IMG/VR virus record: IMGVR_UViG_3300050509_000221
Coordinates: 18,664-82,663 of that record
Reading direction: 5' to 3' (one strand)
Source of the DNA: a virus
Lineage: Duplodnaviria > Caudoviricetes
Length of the DNA: 64,000 bases
Positions 44,549 through 54,330 of the stretch are shown here, piece after piece (position 1 is the stretch's first letter; every line of letters starts with the position of its first letter). Under the pieces are notes generated by a model. The model made no database searches. It was not told the DNA's origin and worked only from the letters and a program-made list of their open reading frames with translations. The position numbers and the translations under genes were made by a program.

Positions 44549-45391
44549 TCACGACACCTCCGCGTACACGATGCGGGTCGAGTTGGCGAACGTGAACGGG
44601 TTGGGACACGACGCCGGATTCGTCAGGCTGGTGTCGGCACTGCCCCCAACCTTCGGGTTCTGACCTCCCGCGTTGCCGAACAACACCAGACCTTCCAACG
44701 TTGGGACCGTCGTGGCTTTCACCATGATCCCCACGTAGTACAACCCTGCGTACGTCGTGACGAACGTCGACGACAAGTTGAGGGTCTTGGCCGAGTTCGC
44801 CGCCCACGCCGTTGACGTGTCATCTGCGGTGACTCGCAACATCGCGCCTGCGGAGTCGAACAGGGCGAACCACTGATTCGTGCCGACGCTGAGCGCGGTG
44901 GTCGCGGAACGGAACGTGATCGACGTGCAGGTCAAGCCCTTCGGCAAGAAGATCCGGTAGACGCTGAGCCGCCCGGTGGAGAGCTCCGCGGCGTTCGCTC
45001 CAGCGAACAGACCGCGGTCGTAGGTGGAGGCGATGGAACCCGTCGTGCCGCGTGTCGCGGCTTCGCCCGTGAGATAGCTCTCGATGTCGGTGAGGGTCTT
45101 CGCGGTGATCGTCGCTGCGATCTGATCCCCAACGACGACGGTGCGTGCGCTCGTCGATTCCTGTGTGCGGGTGATCGTGAGGGTGTCGGTGGAGATGTTC
45201 GTGACCCGGACGATCTCCGCGTTCGCGGGGGTTGGGATCGTGCCGGTCGGCCAGATCGTCGCGTTGAACGGCACCGCCGGGAACCGGGCACCTTCACCGG
45301 ATGCGACGACGAGTGACGTCCCCGACGTCGCGGGGGACGGCGCGGTCGCGACGGTGGAGTACGCGAGGTTCGCGTGAGCGTCAACCGCCAC
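44549..45391 (-). CDS. Minor tail / fibre protein
   Basis: EIVRVTNISTDTLTITRTQEST...ITA, a common tail fibre N-terminal motif. Confidence 0.65.
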   Translation of the reverse strand: MAVDAHANLAYSTVATAPSPATSGTSLVVASGEGARFPAVPFNATIWPTGTIPTPANAEIVRVTNISTDTLTITRTQESTSARTVVVGDQIAATITAKTLTDIESYLTGEAATRGTTGSIASTYDRGLFAGANAAELSTGRLSVYRIFLPKGLTCTSITFRSATTALSVGTNQWFALFDSAGAMLRVTADDTSTAWAANSAKTLNLSSTFVTTYAGLYYVGIMVKATTVPTLEGLVLFGNAGGQNPKVGGSADTSLTNPASCPNPFTFANSTRIVYAEVS

Positions 45392-45393
45392 AG

Positions 45394-45786
45394 CTACGCG
45401 TTGCCCGCGGTGATGACGAACGAACTCACCGCGACCGGGCCACCTGCGACGAGCGACGTGGTGTTGAGGTTCAGATCCGAGCCCGAGGTTCCCACGTTGC
45501 CGTCGATGACGAACGTCCCACCGGAGGTGACGACACGGAACCACGTCGCGGTGCCGGTCGCGTTGGCACTGGAGTCGTTCGTGATCGCGGAGAGCGTGAG
45601 GACACCCGACGACGCGCCAGGCGCAGCGGTGGCGGACAACGCCAGCTCCGCGAGGAGTGTCGTCGCCGAACCACCCGACGCGGGCCGCGACCCGTCGTAG
45701 ATCCGCAGCAGACCATTCGATCCGATCGCAGTAGTGATCGCGTCCATCTGCGCGTTGCGGACGGTCGTCGAAAGTGCGAGGGCCAT
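45394..45786 (-). CDS. Virion structural protein
   Basis: LLRIYDGSRPA...ATGTATWFR, a widespread phage family. Confidence 0.65.
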   Translation of the reverse strand: MALALSTTVRNAQMDAITTAIGSNGLLRIYDGSRPASGGSATTLLAELALSATAAPGASSGVLTLSAITNDSSANATGTATWFRVVTSGGTFVIDGNVGTSGSDLNLNTTSLVAGGPVAVSSFVITAGNA

Positions 45787-45858
45787 CAGGTCTCCCGTGT
45801 CACTTGTTCTCGGCGTTGGGGTGGTCGGTTGCCGCCGCGCGACATCCCGACCGCGGGG

Positions 45859-46107
45859 TCACAGCCGACCGGTAAGAAGGTTCGCGACGAACAACACCAT
45901 CGCGATGACCAGCCCACACAGCTGCACGATCTGCCGCGTCCGGTTCGCGTCCATCTTCGCGTCAAGGCTGTCGAAGCGATCCTTGGTGTCCGTGCGGAAG
46001 TCGGCGACGTCGCTGCGGATCTGCACTTGATCGTTGCGGATGTGCTCCACGCGTTCAGCGAGGACCGCAACCCGGACAGTCTCCGGCTCATCACGCTTAG
46101 AGCCCAC
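45859..46107 (-). CDS. Coiled-coil protein with C-terminal TM helix
   Basis: VAVLAERVEHIR... followed by IVQLCGLVIAMVLFVA. Confidence 0.65.
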   Translation of the reverse strand: MGSKRDEPETVRVAVLAERVEHIRNDQVQIRSDVADFRTDTKDRFDSLDAKMDANRTRQIVQLCGLVIAMVLFVANLLTGRL

Positions 46108-46438
46108 GACGCTCGATCACAGCGATGAACAAGCGTGGGGTGGCGTCCAAGGCACACAGCGTCAAGTTGATCGGCCGTTCCATACCGTCTCGACCCATCG
46201 CCGACAGCGCACGACGTTGACCTGCCGCGGGTGACACGCCCGTCGCCACCGTCCGCTCGAACGATTCTTCGTGGGTTGCCCGGTACTTGTCGGGAACGAA
46301 TGCGAGGATTGGTTGACCGATCAACTGTGCCGGGGTCCACCCGATCACGTCTTCGGCGCCTGGTGTCACGTACAGCACTTGCCCTTGGCTGGTCGCCCAC
46401 ACCAGACATGCCCGTGTATCCGCTCTGGTCATCTGCAC
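46097..46438 (-). CDS. Stand-alone PAS domain protein (FixL-like)
   Basis: LYVTPGAEDVIGWTPAQLIGQPILAFVP...H...GRDG.ERPINLTL...FIAVIE matches the PAS consensus. Confidence 0.8.
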   Translation of the reverse strand: MQMTRADTRACLVWATSQGQVLYVTPGAEDVIGWTPAQLIGQPILAFVPDKYRATHEESFERTVATGVSPAAGQRRALSAMGRDGMERPINLTLCALDATPRLFIAVIERRGL

Positions 46439-46611
46439 TCCGGAAGGTCGCGAAGCAAGCGGGGATCGAACGACAGGGAGTAGTCGTGAAGACGGGCGGA
46501 GAGAACGCGGTAGGCGTGCTCACACGACGGGGGTGCATCGCTGGAGAGAATCGCAACGATGACGATCACCGCGACCGCGAGGACAGCAAGGACCGGACTC
46601 CACCGGTGCAT
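46429..46611 (-). CDS. Small membrane protein
   Basis: N-terminal TM helix PVLAVLAVAVIVIVAIL. Confidence 0.5.
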   Translation of the reverse strand: MHRWSPVLAVLAVAVIVIVAILSSDAPPSCEHAYRVLSARLHDYSLSFDPRLLRDLPECR

Positions 46612-46612
46612 G

Positions 46613-46930
46613 TCATCGCCCCTGCATCAACGCGGTGAGCAGGATTCCCAACCCGAGCGCCATCAGCCCACCGACGCCGGCCGTGAGACGATCCAGTTTC
46701 CGGTTGACTTTCTCATCTCGACCAGTGGACTTCGCGTCGAGCTCCGCGAGACGTTCACCCACCCTGGTCTCGAACCGAGAGCGCCAGTCATCCATCTCGT
46801 CAGCGTGCTCACGCTGATACCGCTCCAGACGATCCAGGTCACTGACAGCAAGACTCACGCGCAGTGCATCCGTCCACGTTGAGTCCCGGTACCACGCTTC
46901 GATCCGCGGCGCTTCTCTGCGTTCAGACAT
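46613..46930 (-). CDS. Coiled-coil protein with C-terminal TM helix
   Basis: Ends LTAGVGGLMALGLGILLTALM; common next to actinophage lysins. Confidence 0.65.
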   Translation of the reverse strand: MSERREAPRIEAWYRDSTWTDALRVSLAVSDLDRLERYQREHADEMDDWRSRFETRVGERLAELDAKSTGRDEKVNRKLDRLTAGVGGLMALGLGILLTALMQGR

Positions 46931-46934
46931 CGCG

Positions 46935-47120
46935 TCACGCTGGCGGGATGCTGTCGAACCAACCGGCGGGCAACTTCCAGATCGGGTTCTGGAACGGCCA
47001 GTTCGTCCACCACGACAGCTCGTCCCATGACGTGACAGCGCGCCGCGTCTGCCACGAGTCCTGGTCGATGATCCACACCTGACCGTTGCCAGGGTCTCGC
47101 TGGTACAGCCCGATCGCCAT
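46935..47120 (-). CDS. Small Trp-rich protein after the endolysin
   Basis: 61 aa with 6 Trp; RBS-like GAGAG upstream. Confidence 0.55.
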   Translation of the reverse strand: MAIGLYQRDPGNGQVWIIDQDSWQTRRAVTSWDELSWWTNWPFQNPIWKLPAGWFDSIPPA

Positions 47121-47280
47121 GTCAGCTCTCTTTCGCTGGTTGCGACGCGTCGGGCCTCATCGCGCCACCTGCACGGGTTCGTCATCACGGTTACATTCCC
47201 TCACCGTCGGCACCTCCTGTTAGGTGTCGGCACAGGCCCCGCGGTCGGCCCTTGAAGTTGGCCGCGGGGCCGCTCCCTGC

Positions 47281-48000
47281 TCAGGCCGGTGCGCCTGCCC
47301 CAACGAGGGCGCGGTACTGCTCGACCGACAGAAACGCGGTCGGGATCGGACACGGCACCGACGGGTGCGTGTACTGCAACACCTCACTCGGCACGCCGAA
47401 CTGTCCGTCGATCGCCCCGGCGAGCGCCCGGAGTGGACGGTCGTTCGGCGAGATCAAGTACGCCTTGCCCGACGCGACAGGCTGCGACTTCTCGTTCCAG
47501 ATCATCTCGACAGCGCAGTACATGGTCTTCCCCTTCGGGGTCGGTGCGGGAGCGTCGACACTCGGGCGCGCCCCGGAGTTGAATCGGTCGATGAAGTCGC
47601 GCAGCCCGTCACCAGGACACGCGGTCGCGACGTAGGACGAGTGCGGACGGAGCGGCCAGTCGAGGCCGTGCTGCTCGACGGCTTCCGTCGCGAAGTCCGC
47701 GATGGCCCGCTCGAGCTCGGGTGTGATCGCATCGTCGGTGCCGACCAGCGCGCAGATCGCACGCGAGCCGGGGTTGTAGTTGATGCCGTCCTGCACGCCG
47801 TTCGCGGCGGAGTCGCGGTCCCAGCCGCGGCCGATGAACCGTTCGCCGTGGATGCACGCCCCGAAGTTGTACGCACCGTCAGGGCCGTACTCGTTGGAGC
47901 GTTCCGACTTGATCCGTTCCCACTGCGCGGCGCAGCGCGCGTGGTCCGCGTTGCCCGCGGTCCCGACGACACCGAGGTAGTGGACCGACGGGTTCGCCAT
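47281..48000 (-). CDS. Endolysin, N-acetylmuramoyl-L-alanine amidase (Amidase_2/PGRP-like)
   Basis: SVHY, AYNF, GRGW, AANG and PHSSYVATACPG. Confidence 0.85.
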   Translation of the reverse strand: MANPSVHYLGVVGTAGNADHARCAAQWERIKSERSNEYGPDGAYNFGACIHGERFIGRGWDRDSAANGVQDGINYNPGSRAICALVGTDDAITPELERAIADFATEAVEQHGLDWPLRPHSSYVATACPGDGLRDFIDRFNSGARPSVDAPAPTPKGKTMYCAVEMIWNEKSQPVASGKAYLISPNDRPLRALAGAIDGQFGVPSEVLQYTHPSVPCPIPTAFLSVEQYRALVGAGAPA

Positions 48001-48176
48001 CAGGTCTGGTTCGGGACCGTGTAGACGCCGAGCGCGATAGCGAGCGCGGTCGCGCCAGCGATCCACTCGGGACCCGTGATCGCCGACGGGTCCGACGCGA
48101 CGACGAGCGTCGCCCAACCGATCGCGCCGACGACGATCGCGGTCACTGTCTTGCGGTACTTGGCAAGGACGGTCAT
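48000..48176 (-). CDS. Holin-like protein (58 aa, two TM helices)
   Basis: My translation MTVLAKYRKTVTAIVVGAIGW...LGVYTVPN; the GVYxVPN ending is typical of actinophage holins. Confidence 0.75.
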   Translation of the reverse strand: MTVLAKYRKTVTAIVVGAIGWATLVVASDPSAITGPEWIAGATALAIALGVYTVPNQT

Positions 48177-48198
48177 GGTGGTGCTCCTCTCGGAGAGG

Positions 48199-48732
48199 TC
48201 AGGTGCGGTACCAGAAGGCGAACATGGACGGCGAACCTTCGGTGTCGATGATGTTCAAGGCGCCGCCGCTGTTCTGAAACGCCAACATCTCGAAGTAGTC
48301 CGCCGCGCTCATCGCCCGAACCGTCGACAACGTGTTCGTCAACGCAGCACCGGCGTACGCGACGAACGCTTGCACCGCGATGTACGGGGTGGTTCCGTTC
48401 AACTGGAACGTGAGCGCGCGGTGCCCGGAACCGTTGGCTGCGAAGCCGATGGTGGAGCCGCAGAGGTACTTGCCGCCACCGCCGGTCGGGACGGTGACAC
48501 GCGACGGGTTGCTCGATGTCGAGTGCATCGCGGCGTTGTCGAAGCGTTCCGAGTTGAACGTGACCGCCTGGTTCGATCCGCTCGACGTGTGGGAGATCGG
48601 CGCGTTGTTGTAGATGCTGCACGATGGCGAGTCGGTCGCGATCCACGCGATGTTGTCGCGGCCGTAGGTGTTCCAGTCCGCGGCTTTCCAGGCGGTCCCC
48701 GCGACTGCGGTGAACGGCGTCCCGAACCCCAT
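48199..48732 (-). CDS. Minor tail / receptor-binding protein (C1q-like beta domain)
   Basis: WKAADWN...RDNI, then VTFNSERFD...VTVPTGGGGKY. Confidence 0.65.
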   Translation of the reverse strand: MGFGTPFTAVAGTAWKAADWNTYGRDNIAWIATDSPSCSIYNNAPISHTSSGSNQAVTFNSERFDNAAMHSTSSNPSRVTVPTGGGGKYLCGSTIGFAANGSGHRALTFQLNGTTPYIAVQAFVAYAGAALTNTLSTVRAMSAADYFEMLAFQNSGGALNIIDTEGSPSMFAFWYRT

Positions 48733-49364
48733 CAGGCAGCGTCCTTCGCTGCCTTCACCCTGCTGGTCACCATCCGGTCCAGGTACTCCTGCGGTGAGAT
48801 CAGATCGTCCGGCATATCCACCCCTGCCGCGACGAGAAGGCCGTTGCGCAGCTCTGGGGCGACGCCTTGCATCAGCACGGCTTGCACCTTGAGCTCGTCG
48901 ATCGTTTCGCCTTTGTGGGCATCCCACGACTGGTTGCTCGTCGGCCAGTCCGCGAGGACACGGATGACCGCGGCACGTTCTTTCGGGGGTTGCCATGAGA
49001 CCTCGAACACGCGGCCACACGCGAGGCACACCATGTCCGGGTTGCGGTCCCACACTGCGTTCGCCGCGGCGCACTCCAGGCACTCCGCGATCCAACGTCC
49101 CGCGTTGATGTGCGGCACGACTTGGCGTTCGTCGCGGACCGGTTCGATCGCCGGGCGAGGGAAGGGGTGCGGCGGGCATTCCCCGGCGAGGAACGCGGCT
49201 TGCCAGGCGACCACCTCGTCGAACGTCGTGCAGTGGTAGGCGTGGCGTTGGTCTTCGATGATCGCCGGGTAGGCGTCGTCGGAGTAGGTGCGCGGGTTGT
49301 CCGGGTCTGGCGGTGAGGCGTCGAGGCGCGTCGAGAGGCCAGGGACTTCCACGAAGTGCGACAC
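48732..49364 (-). CDS. Hypothetical protein in the tail block
   Basis: INAGRWIAECLEC...CLAC motif. Confidence 0.55.
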   Translation of the reverse strand: MSHFVEVPGLSTRLDASPPDPDNPRTYSDDAYPAIIEDQRHAYHCTTFDEVVAWQAAFLAGECPPHPFPRPAIEPVRDERQVVPHINAGRWIAECLECAAANAVWDRNPDMVCLACGRVFEVSWQPPKERAAVIRVLADWPTSNQSWDAHKGETIDELKVQAVLMQGVAPELRNGLLVAAGVDMPDDLISPQEYLDRMVTSRVKAAKDAA

Positions 49365-49382
49365 GTTGCAGCCTCCGTGGAG

Positions 49383-51449
49383 CTAGTACGCCAGCAGCCC
49401 AGAATCGAGCAGCCCGTAGGTGTCGTCGTCGAGGATCAGGTACGACCCGACGTTCGGATCGACGGGCGAGCAGCGGAAGGTCGTCTGCCACGACATCGGT
49501 GAGAAGCGGTGCTCGATGCCTTCGATGATCTGGTCCAGCACGATCTCGGCGTCGAGGCCGGCGGGGGTGCGTTGGATCGTGATGCGTTCGCCGATCTCGC
49601 GGTCGAGGGCTTGGGGCCAGAGCCGGTCGGGGTCTTTGCGGGGCTTGAACGCGAGGGTCTTGACGCGGGTCTGTTCGCGCTTGAAGCGGGCAAGGAGCCA
49701 CATGCCGCGGTCGCGCACGGTGGCGTCGTCGCGGTCTTCGGAGTTCGGTGCGGACCAGGAGCGGTCGCCGTAGGTGTTCTGGATCAGGTCGTCGTCGCGG
49801 ACGGTGACGGTGACGCCGTTCTCGCGGGACGTGATGACCGGGTTGCGGATCAGGGTCTCGGCACGTTCGTAGTCGAGGCCGTTGTTGTCGTACTTCAACT
49901 CTGCGGACGAATGCCCGTCGCCGAACGTCGCCTGCGAACGCGTGCTCGCGAGGTTGAGGAGCGGGTAGTGCCGGTTCCGCCAGACGACCTTGCCGTCTTT
50001 GCCCATGAAGAACTGGCCGAGTTCGGTGTCAGCCCAAGCTTGGAGGACGGAGAGGGCCGAGTTGCCCGTCGACCATTTCGCGGGACCGAGGATCGAGATA
50101 CCCGTCTCGATGTCGCGCAGCTCCGCGGGCCAGTCGATCGCGTCGAGGAACCTGTCGACGCGGGTGCCGGTGTCGTCGTCAGCCCAGCCCGTCAACGCCG
50201 CGAGGGCGTGAGCCGCAGCACGGGCCGCGGGGACGACAGTGCCATTCCAGACGCACACCTCGTCGATCGTTCCGCGTTCGTCGATCTCGTACCATTCGCC
50301 GTCCGCGAACGGAGGCTGCGGCAACTGCCTATTCGTTCCGAAGCCGTAGTCGCCCACCGCGATGTCAGTGACATTCCCGATCGTCCACCCCGACGGCACA
50401 GAGGGCGGGAAGGACGGCAACCCCGTGCCGTTGGTCGCGACCGGACCGGACGAAATCGCGCCGTCCAGGTAAACCAGGAACGAGGACGCCGACTCCCACA
50501 CACCAACGAAGTGATGCGGCGCGTCGTCATCGACCGGCACGGCGGTGAACGCGAACCGAGAGTTCGACGCCGCATCGCCCACGGCAACTCCGAGGCGACC
50601 CGAGCGCGAAGGGCTGACGTAGATTGTCACGCCCGGATCGTTGAAGTTCTCCGGGGAGTCCGAATAGCAGTTGAACACAATCGGAATGGACAGCGGATCC
50701 GATCGGATCTTGAACATCCCCGACACGGTGAACGGGTAGCCGGTGATGAGGTCCGGGTTCTGGATCGTGACGCGTTCTTCTTGCGAATGCGCGAACGCGA
50801 CCCCACCATCGGCGTCGTTCACAACCAGGCCGGGGACTCCCTGCTGGCAGTTGTCGTAGACGCCGTAGTTCCCGCCCGGTGACGAGTCCGTGAGCCGAGG
50901 CGTGTCGGACTCCCCGAGGCGGAACCACGCGTCGGGGTTGTCCTTCTGGATCTCCAACGCCCACGCGGAGGACGGGAGCTTGATCTGGTTCAGTCGCTCG
51001 AAGCCGTCCTTGACGGTGATCGTCGTCACGAACATCACGTCGTCGGGGACGGTGTGACCCCACGACGTGATGTACCCGAAGAACACCGGGTAGGTGACGC
51101 CTGCCCACTTCGCGCGGATGCGGACCTGGCGCATCGGAGTGAGCTTCCCGAAGTACGGGCCTGCCGTGTTCTCCGGGTCGTACCGGCGGTCCTCCGTGCG
51201 GATCGTGAGGGTGGCGGTCCCGGCCTCGAAGCGGTCCTGTTCGATCTGCCTGCCGCGTTTCGTGGTCCCTTCCCACGTCACCGACGTGAGTGGGACCCAT
51301 TCGCCGTTCGCGGAGTTCGGACCGGAGTCTGGCATCCAGTCGATGTACAGCTCCGGGTAGTCCTCCGACGCGGTGACCGTGATGTCCGGCGCGGGCGGGG
51401 CATCCGAGCCGCGTTGCGGGCGATGGAACCGCGGGTGACGCGGGGCCAT
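49383..51449 (-). CDS. Minor tail protein with LamG/concanavalin-like domain
   Basis: KRGRQIEQDRFEAG at the N-terminus, AWFRLGE...IDEVCVW (LamG), and a C-terminal IEGIEH. Confidence 0.75.
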   Translation of the reverse strand: MAPRHPRFHRPQRGSDAPPAPDITVTASEDYPELYIDWMPDSGPNSANGEWVPLTSVTWEGTTKRGRQIEQDRFEAGTATLTIRTEDRRYDPENTAGPYFGKLTPMRQVRIRAKWAGVTYPVFFGYITSWGHTVPDDVMFVTTITVKDGFERLNQIKLPSSAWALEIQKDNPDAWFRLGESDTPRLTDSSPGGNYGVYDNCQQGVPGLVVNDADGGVAFAHSQEERVTIQNPDLITGYPFTVSGMFKIRSDPLSIPIVFNCYSDSPENFNDPGVTIYVSPSRSGRLGVAVGDAASNSRFAFTAVPVDDDAPHHFVGVWESASSFLVYLDGAISSGPVATNGTGLPSFPPSVPSGWTIGNVTDIAVGDYGFGTNRQLPQPPFADGEWYEIDERGTIDEVCVWNGTVVPAARAAAHALAALTGWADDDTGTRVDRFLDAIDWPAELRDIETGISILGPAKWSTGNSALSVLQAWADTELGQFFMGKDGKVVWRNRHYPLLNLASTRSQATFGDGHSSAELKYDNNGLDYERAETLIRNPVITSRENGVTVTVRDDDLIQNTYGDRSWSAPNSEDRDDATVRDRGMWLLARFKREQTRVKTLAFKPRKDPDRLWPQALDREIGERITIQRTPAGLDAEIVLDQIIEGIEHRFSPMSWQTTFRCSPVDPNVGSYLILDDDTYGLLDSGLLAY

Positions 51450-52000
51450 CAGCCTGCAACGTCAGCGTTGAGGCCCTGCACCACCCACAGATGGTTCGTG
51501 ATCGTGTTCGACGCGGACGACGCCGACCATGTCGCGGTGAGATCGAGCGACATCGCGGCGACGGTCGAGACCGTCACCGCGGCAGGAGACGACGCGGGGA
51601 TGCTGAACGCGCCGACACCGCCGAGCGTCACGGAACCTTCGACGATGAGCGCACCAGACGAACCGATCGTGTCGCAGCGGACGAGCACGTCGATGAAGTA
51701 GGCGAGGTTCGCCGCGTTGTTCGAGCACGTCAACGCTGCGGACGACGCGAGCAACGTCCCGCCGGAGCCGTTCGCGAACAGACCGAACGTGAGCGTCGGG
51801 GTACCTGTCGTCGAGTGCCGACCTGCCGCGGTGACGCGCAGCACAGCGCCACGGAACAGGGCGCCGGCGCGGATCGTCAGCGGCGGGTTCGTCGTCGCGT
51901 TCGGGGAGATCGTCGCGATGGACGCCGACGACGCGAGTGGCGTGCCGTCCGTTGTGGATGCGACGCCGCCCGCGAGTGACGCCCAGGTCTGCAATGCCAC
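51449..52000 (-). CDS. Minor tail protein
   Basis: Beta-rich and Ser/Thr/Ala-rich; follows the tape measure gene. Confidence 0.6.
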   Translation of the reverse strand: MALQTWASLAGGVASTTDGTPLASSASIATISPNATTNPPLTIRAGALFRGAVLRVTAAGRHSTTGTPTLTFGLFANGSGGTLLASSAALTCSNNAANLAYFIDVLVRCDTIGSSGALIVEGSVTLGGVGAFSIPASSPAAVTVSTVAAMSLDLTATWSASSASNTITNHLWVVQGLNADVAG

Positions 52001-52010
52001 GGTCGCGCTC

Positions 52011-52196
52011 CTAGTCGTTGAGTCCGAGAGACCCGGACCGTTGCTTCTTCAACAGGCCCTCATGGACCGCGTCGACGGTCTCTTGTGAGACCTTCGTCAT
52101 CGCGCCTGTCACTTCGACCGTGCTGCCGTTCAGGGCTTCCAGCGTGGAGACCAGCTCGGCCAGATGCGGCCAGTGCTTCGCGACCAGATCAGTCAT
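52011..52196 (-). CDS. Small hypothetical protein
   Basis: Coupled to the tape measure gene. Confidence 0.45.
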   Translation of the reverse strand: MTDLVAKHWPHLAELVSTLEALNGSTVEVTGAMTKVSQETVDAVHEGLLKKQRSGSLGLND

Positions 52197-54195
52197 CGAA
52201 CATCCCTCCCGCGACCTTCACCACCGCGTTCCAGGTCCGGCTCGTCACCCGGTTCAGGGCTTCTTCCACACCGTTGATCGCCTCCTGCGCTGACGCGGTG
52301 ATGACATCCACTTCGATGCCCTTGTGTGTCGGGATCTGCGACGCGGTGAAGATGAGCCAGTTGATCTTGTCGATCTGCTCCTGCACCGCGCCCGTCGCGT
52401 CGCCGTACTTGTCCTTCGTCGCTTGCAAGTTGTTCCGCATGTCGACGAGCGCACCGACGCCCTCGTTCTTGAGCTTGTTCGCCAGCTCGGCTTCGTCGAT
52501 CGTCAACTGGTTCGCCGCCGCAGAGGCTGCGATGCGCGCCTGCTCCACGTTCAGTTCAGCGGCGCGCACCTCCTCGGCGGTCGCGTTGCCATCTGCACGC
52601 TTCTCGGCCAGTGCCTGTTCAGCTTCGATGACGTTGAGTTGCGACTGCTGGTAGCCGACCGCTCCGCCCTGCGCGGCGAGGTACGCGTTCTGGAGTTGCT
52701 GGATGGACTGCTTCGCTTCGTCCGTCGCGGCTGCAACGTCGAGGGTGCCTGCCGCGATGGCGTCGAGGTCGGCCTTGCGGGCCTTCTCCGCGGCAGCCGC
52801 TTCCTGGACCTGGCGGCGCAGTTCCGCAATGCGCGGGTTCAGCTCGTCGTGGCGGGTACGAAGACCCAGGAGCTGCTTGTTGTTTTCCTCAACGGCAGCA
52901 GACCACTGCTGAGCAGTGGTCTTCGTGTTGTCGTTACCGCGACTGAGCCTCTCCTGCACCTCGACGAGTTCGGCGATCTTCGCCTTGAGGACATCCTGCG
53001 ACCCGCGCAACGCGTCGATCTGTGCGCGTGCGTCGCCTGCCGCCTTCGCGCCCAGGATCTGCGAGTCGGCCCACCTGTGTGCGGCTTCCTTGATGCGGTC
53101 GTACTGACTCTCGCCCGCCTGGAACGCGAGCCACAGGGCTGCGAGCGCGCCAACGCCCACTGCGAGCGCGCCGCCGACGAGCACCGTGGAGAGCGACATG
53201 GCCTTGAGGGCTTCGACCGCGTACATGACCTTGAGCGCAAGGGTCTGCGCGCCACTGGCACCAGCGGCGAACCAGTCGGCAAGGCTGTTCCCGGCCTTCA
53301 TCAGTTGGCCCACAACCGTGATGACCGGACCTACCGCCGCGGCAAAGAGGAGCGTCCCCCCGACGGCCTGCTTCGCGCCGGGGCCGAGTTCGTCGAGCCA
53401 ACGCGCGAAGCCCTGCAACGCAGACGCACCTGAGCGGAGCGCGGGGGCAAACACGCCGATGATCGTCGCCCCCGCGTTCATGAGCGATTCCTTCGCTCGG
53501 CTGACCTGGCCCGCGAGGGTCTTGCCGTACGCTTCCGCGCTCCCGCCGACCTGAGTTTCGAGCTCCTTCAAGATGAGCTTCTGCGCGGAGAGGACATCGC
53601 CGCTCTCCACGAAGGACTGGATCTGTGCCTTCTGCTGATCGGTGAGCTGAACGCCAGCCTTCCCGAGGGCAGTGACACCAGCGATCGGGTCGTTGAGCGC
53701 CTTGCCGAGCATGATCGACGCGGCGTTCATGTCGGAGCCGAGAGCGACGGACAAGTCCAGGGCGATCTCAGTCGCCTGGGTGAAGATGTCGTTTCCCTTG
53801 CCCGCTTCGTTGCGAATCCGAGTGAAGGTCAACAGGAGGTTGGACCCCGACGCGATCGCTTCGTCGTCAATGCCGGACTTGGTCATCAGCGCCGACGACA
53901 GGTTCGCAACCTGCCCGGCCGTCACGTTCGCGGCGGAACCAGTCGAGCGGATCGCAGCCTCGGTCTGTGCAGCGACCTTGCCGGACTCGGCAAGCTCCCG
54001 GAACGCCAGGAACCCGAGGGCAGCGATGGGCAGCGTGACAGCCTTCGTGAGCGTCGAGCCCACCTGCGTCATCTTCTGAGCCGTGGATTCCCACTTCGAT
54101 GAGAAGCTGTCCGCCGCAGCGGCGGACTGGCTGAGTGCGCGTTGTGCGCTGGTCGCGTCGCCGACGATCGTGATGGTGACGTTCTTCGCCATCAC
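52189..54195 (-). CDS. Tape measure protein, module B (668 aa)
   Basis: NVTITIVGD at the N-terminus; LGKALNDPIAGVTALGKAGVQL. Confidence 0.9.
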   Translation of the reverse strand: MMAKNVTITIVGDATSAQRALSQSAAAADSFSSKWESTAQKMTQVGSTLTKAVTLPIAALGFLAFRELAESGKVAAQTEAAIRSTGSAANVTAGQVANLSSALMTKSGIDDEAIASGSNLLLTFTRIRNEAGKGNDIFTQATEIALDLSVALGSDMNAASIMLGKALNDPIAGVTALGKAGVQLTDQQKAQIQSFVESGDVLSAQKLILKELETQVGGSAEAYGKTLAGQVSRAKESLMNAGATIIGVFAPALRSGASALQGFARWLDELGPGAKQAVGGTLLFAAAVGPVITVVGQLMKAGNSLADWFAAGASGAQTLALKVMYAVEALKAMSLSTVLVGGALAVGVGALAALWLAFQAGESQYDRIKEAAHRWADSQILGAKAAGDARAQIDALRGSQDVLKAKIAELVEVQERLSRGNDNTKTTAQQWSAAVEENNKQLLGLRTRHDELNPRIAELRRQVQEAAAAEKARKADLDAIAAGTLDVAAATDEAKQSIQQLQNAYLAAQGGAVGYQQSQLNVIEAEQALAEKRADGNATAEEVRAAELNVEQARIAASAAANQLTIDEAELANKLKNEGVGALVDMRNNLQATKDKYGDATGAVQEQIDKINWLIFTASQIPTHKGIEVDVITASAQEAINGVEEALNRVTSRTWNAVVKVAGGMFDD

Positions 54196-54330
54196 TCACC
54201 GCCCATCTTGTTTGCCGCTTCGATATAGCCATCGAGCTCGCGGCGCGACAGGCGATGAACATCCCAGGGCAGCAGCCCGAAGTGATACGAGAGCTTGGGC
54301 CAGTACGCCGCGCACCTGGCCCTCAGGATT
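54192..54330 (-). CDS. Tail chaperone frameshift extension, module B
   Basis: The -1 frame reads ILRARCAAYWPKLSYHFGLLPWDV; the slip site is not a canonical heptamer. Confidence 0.55.

Noticed and set aside
43471-51449. Diversity-generating retroelement acting on tail fibre genes
   Set aside because: No reverse transcriptase motif and no template/variable repeat pair were seen.
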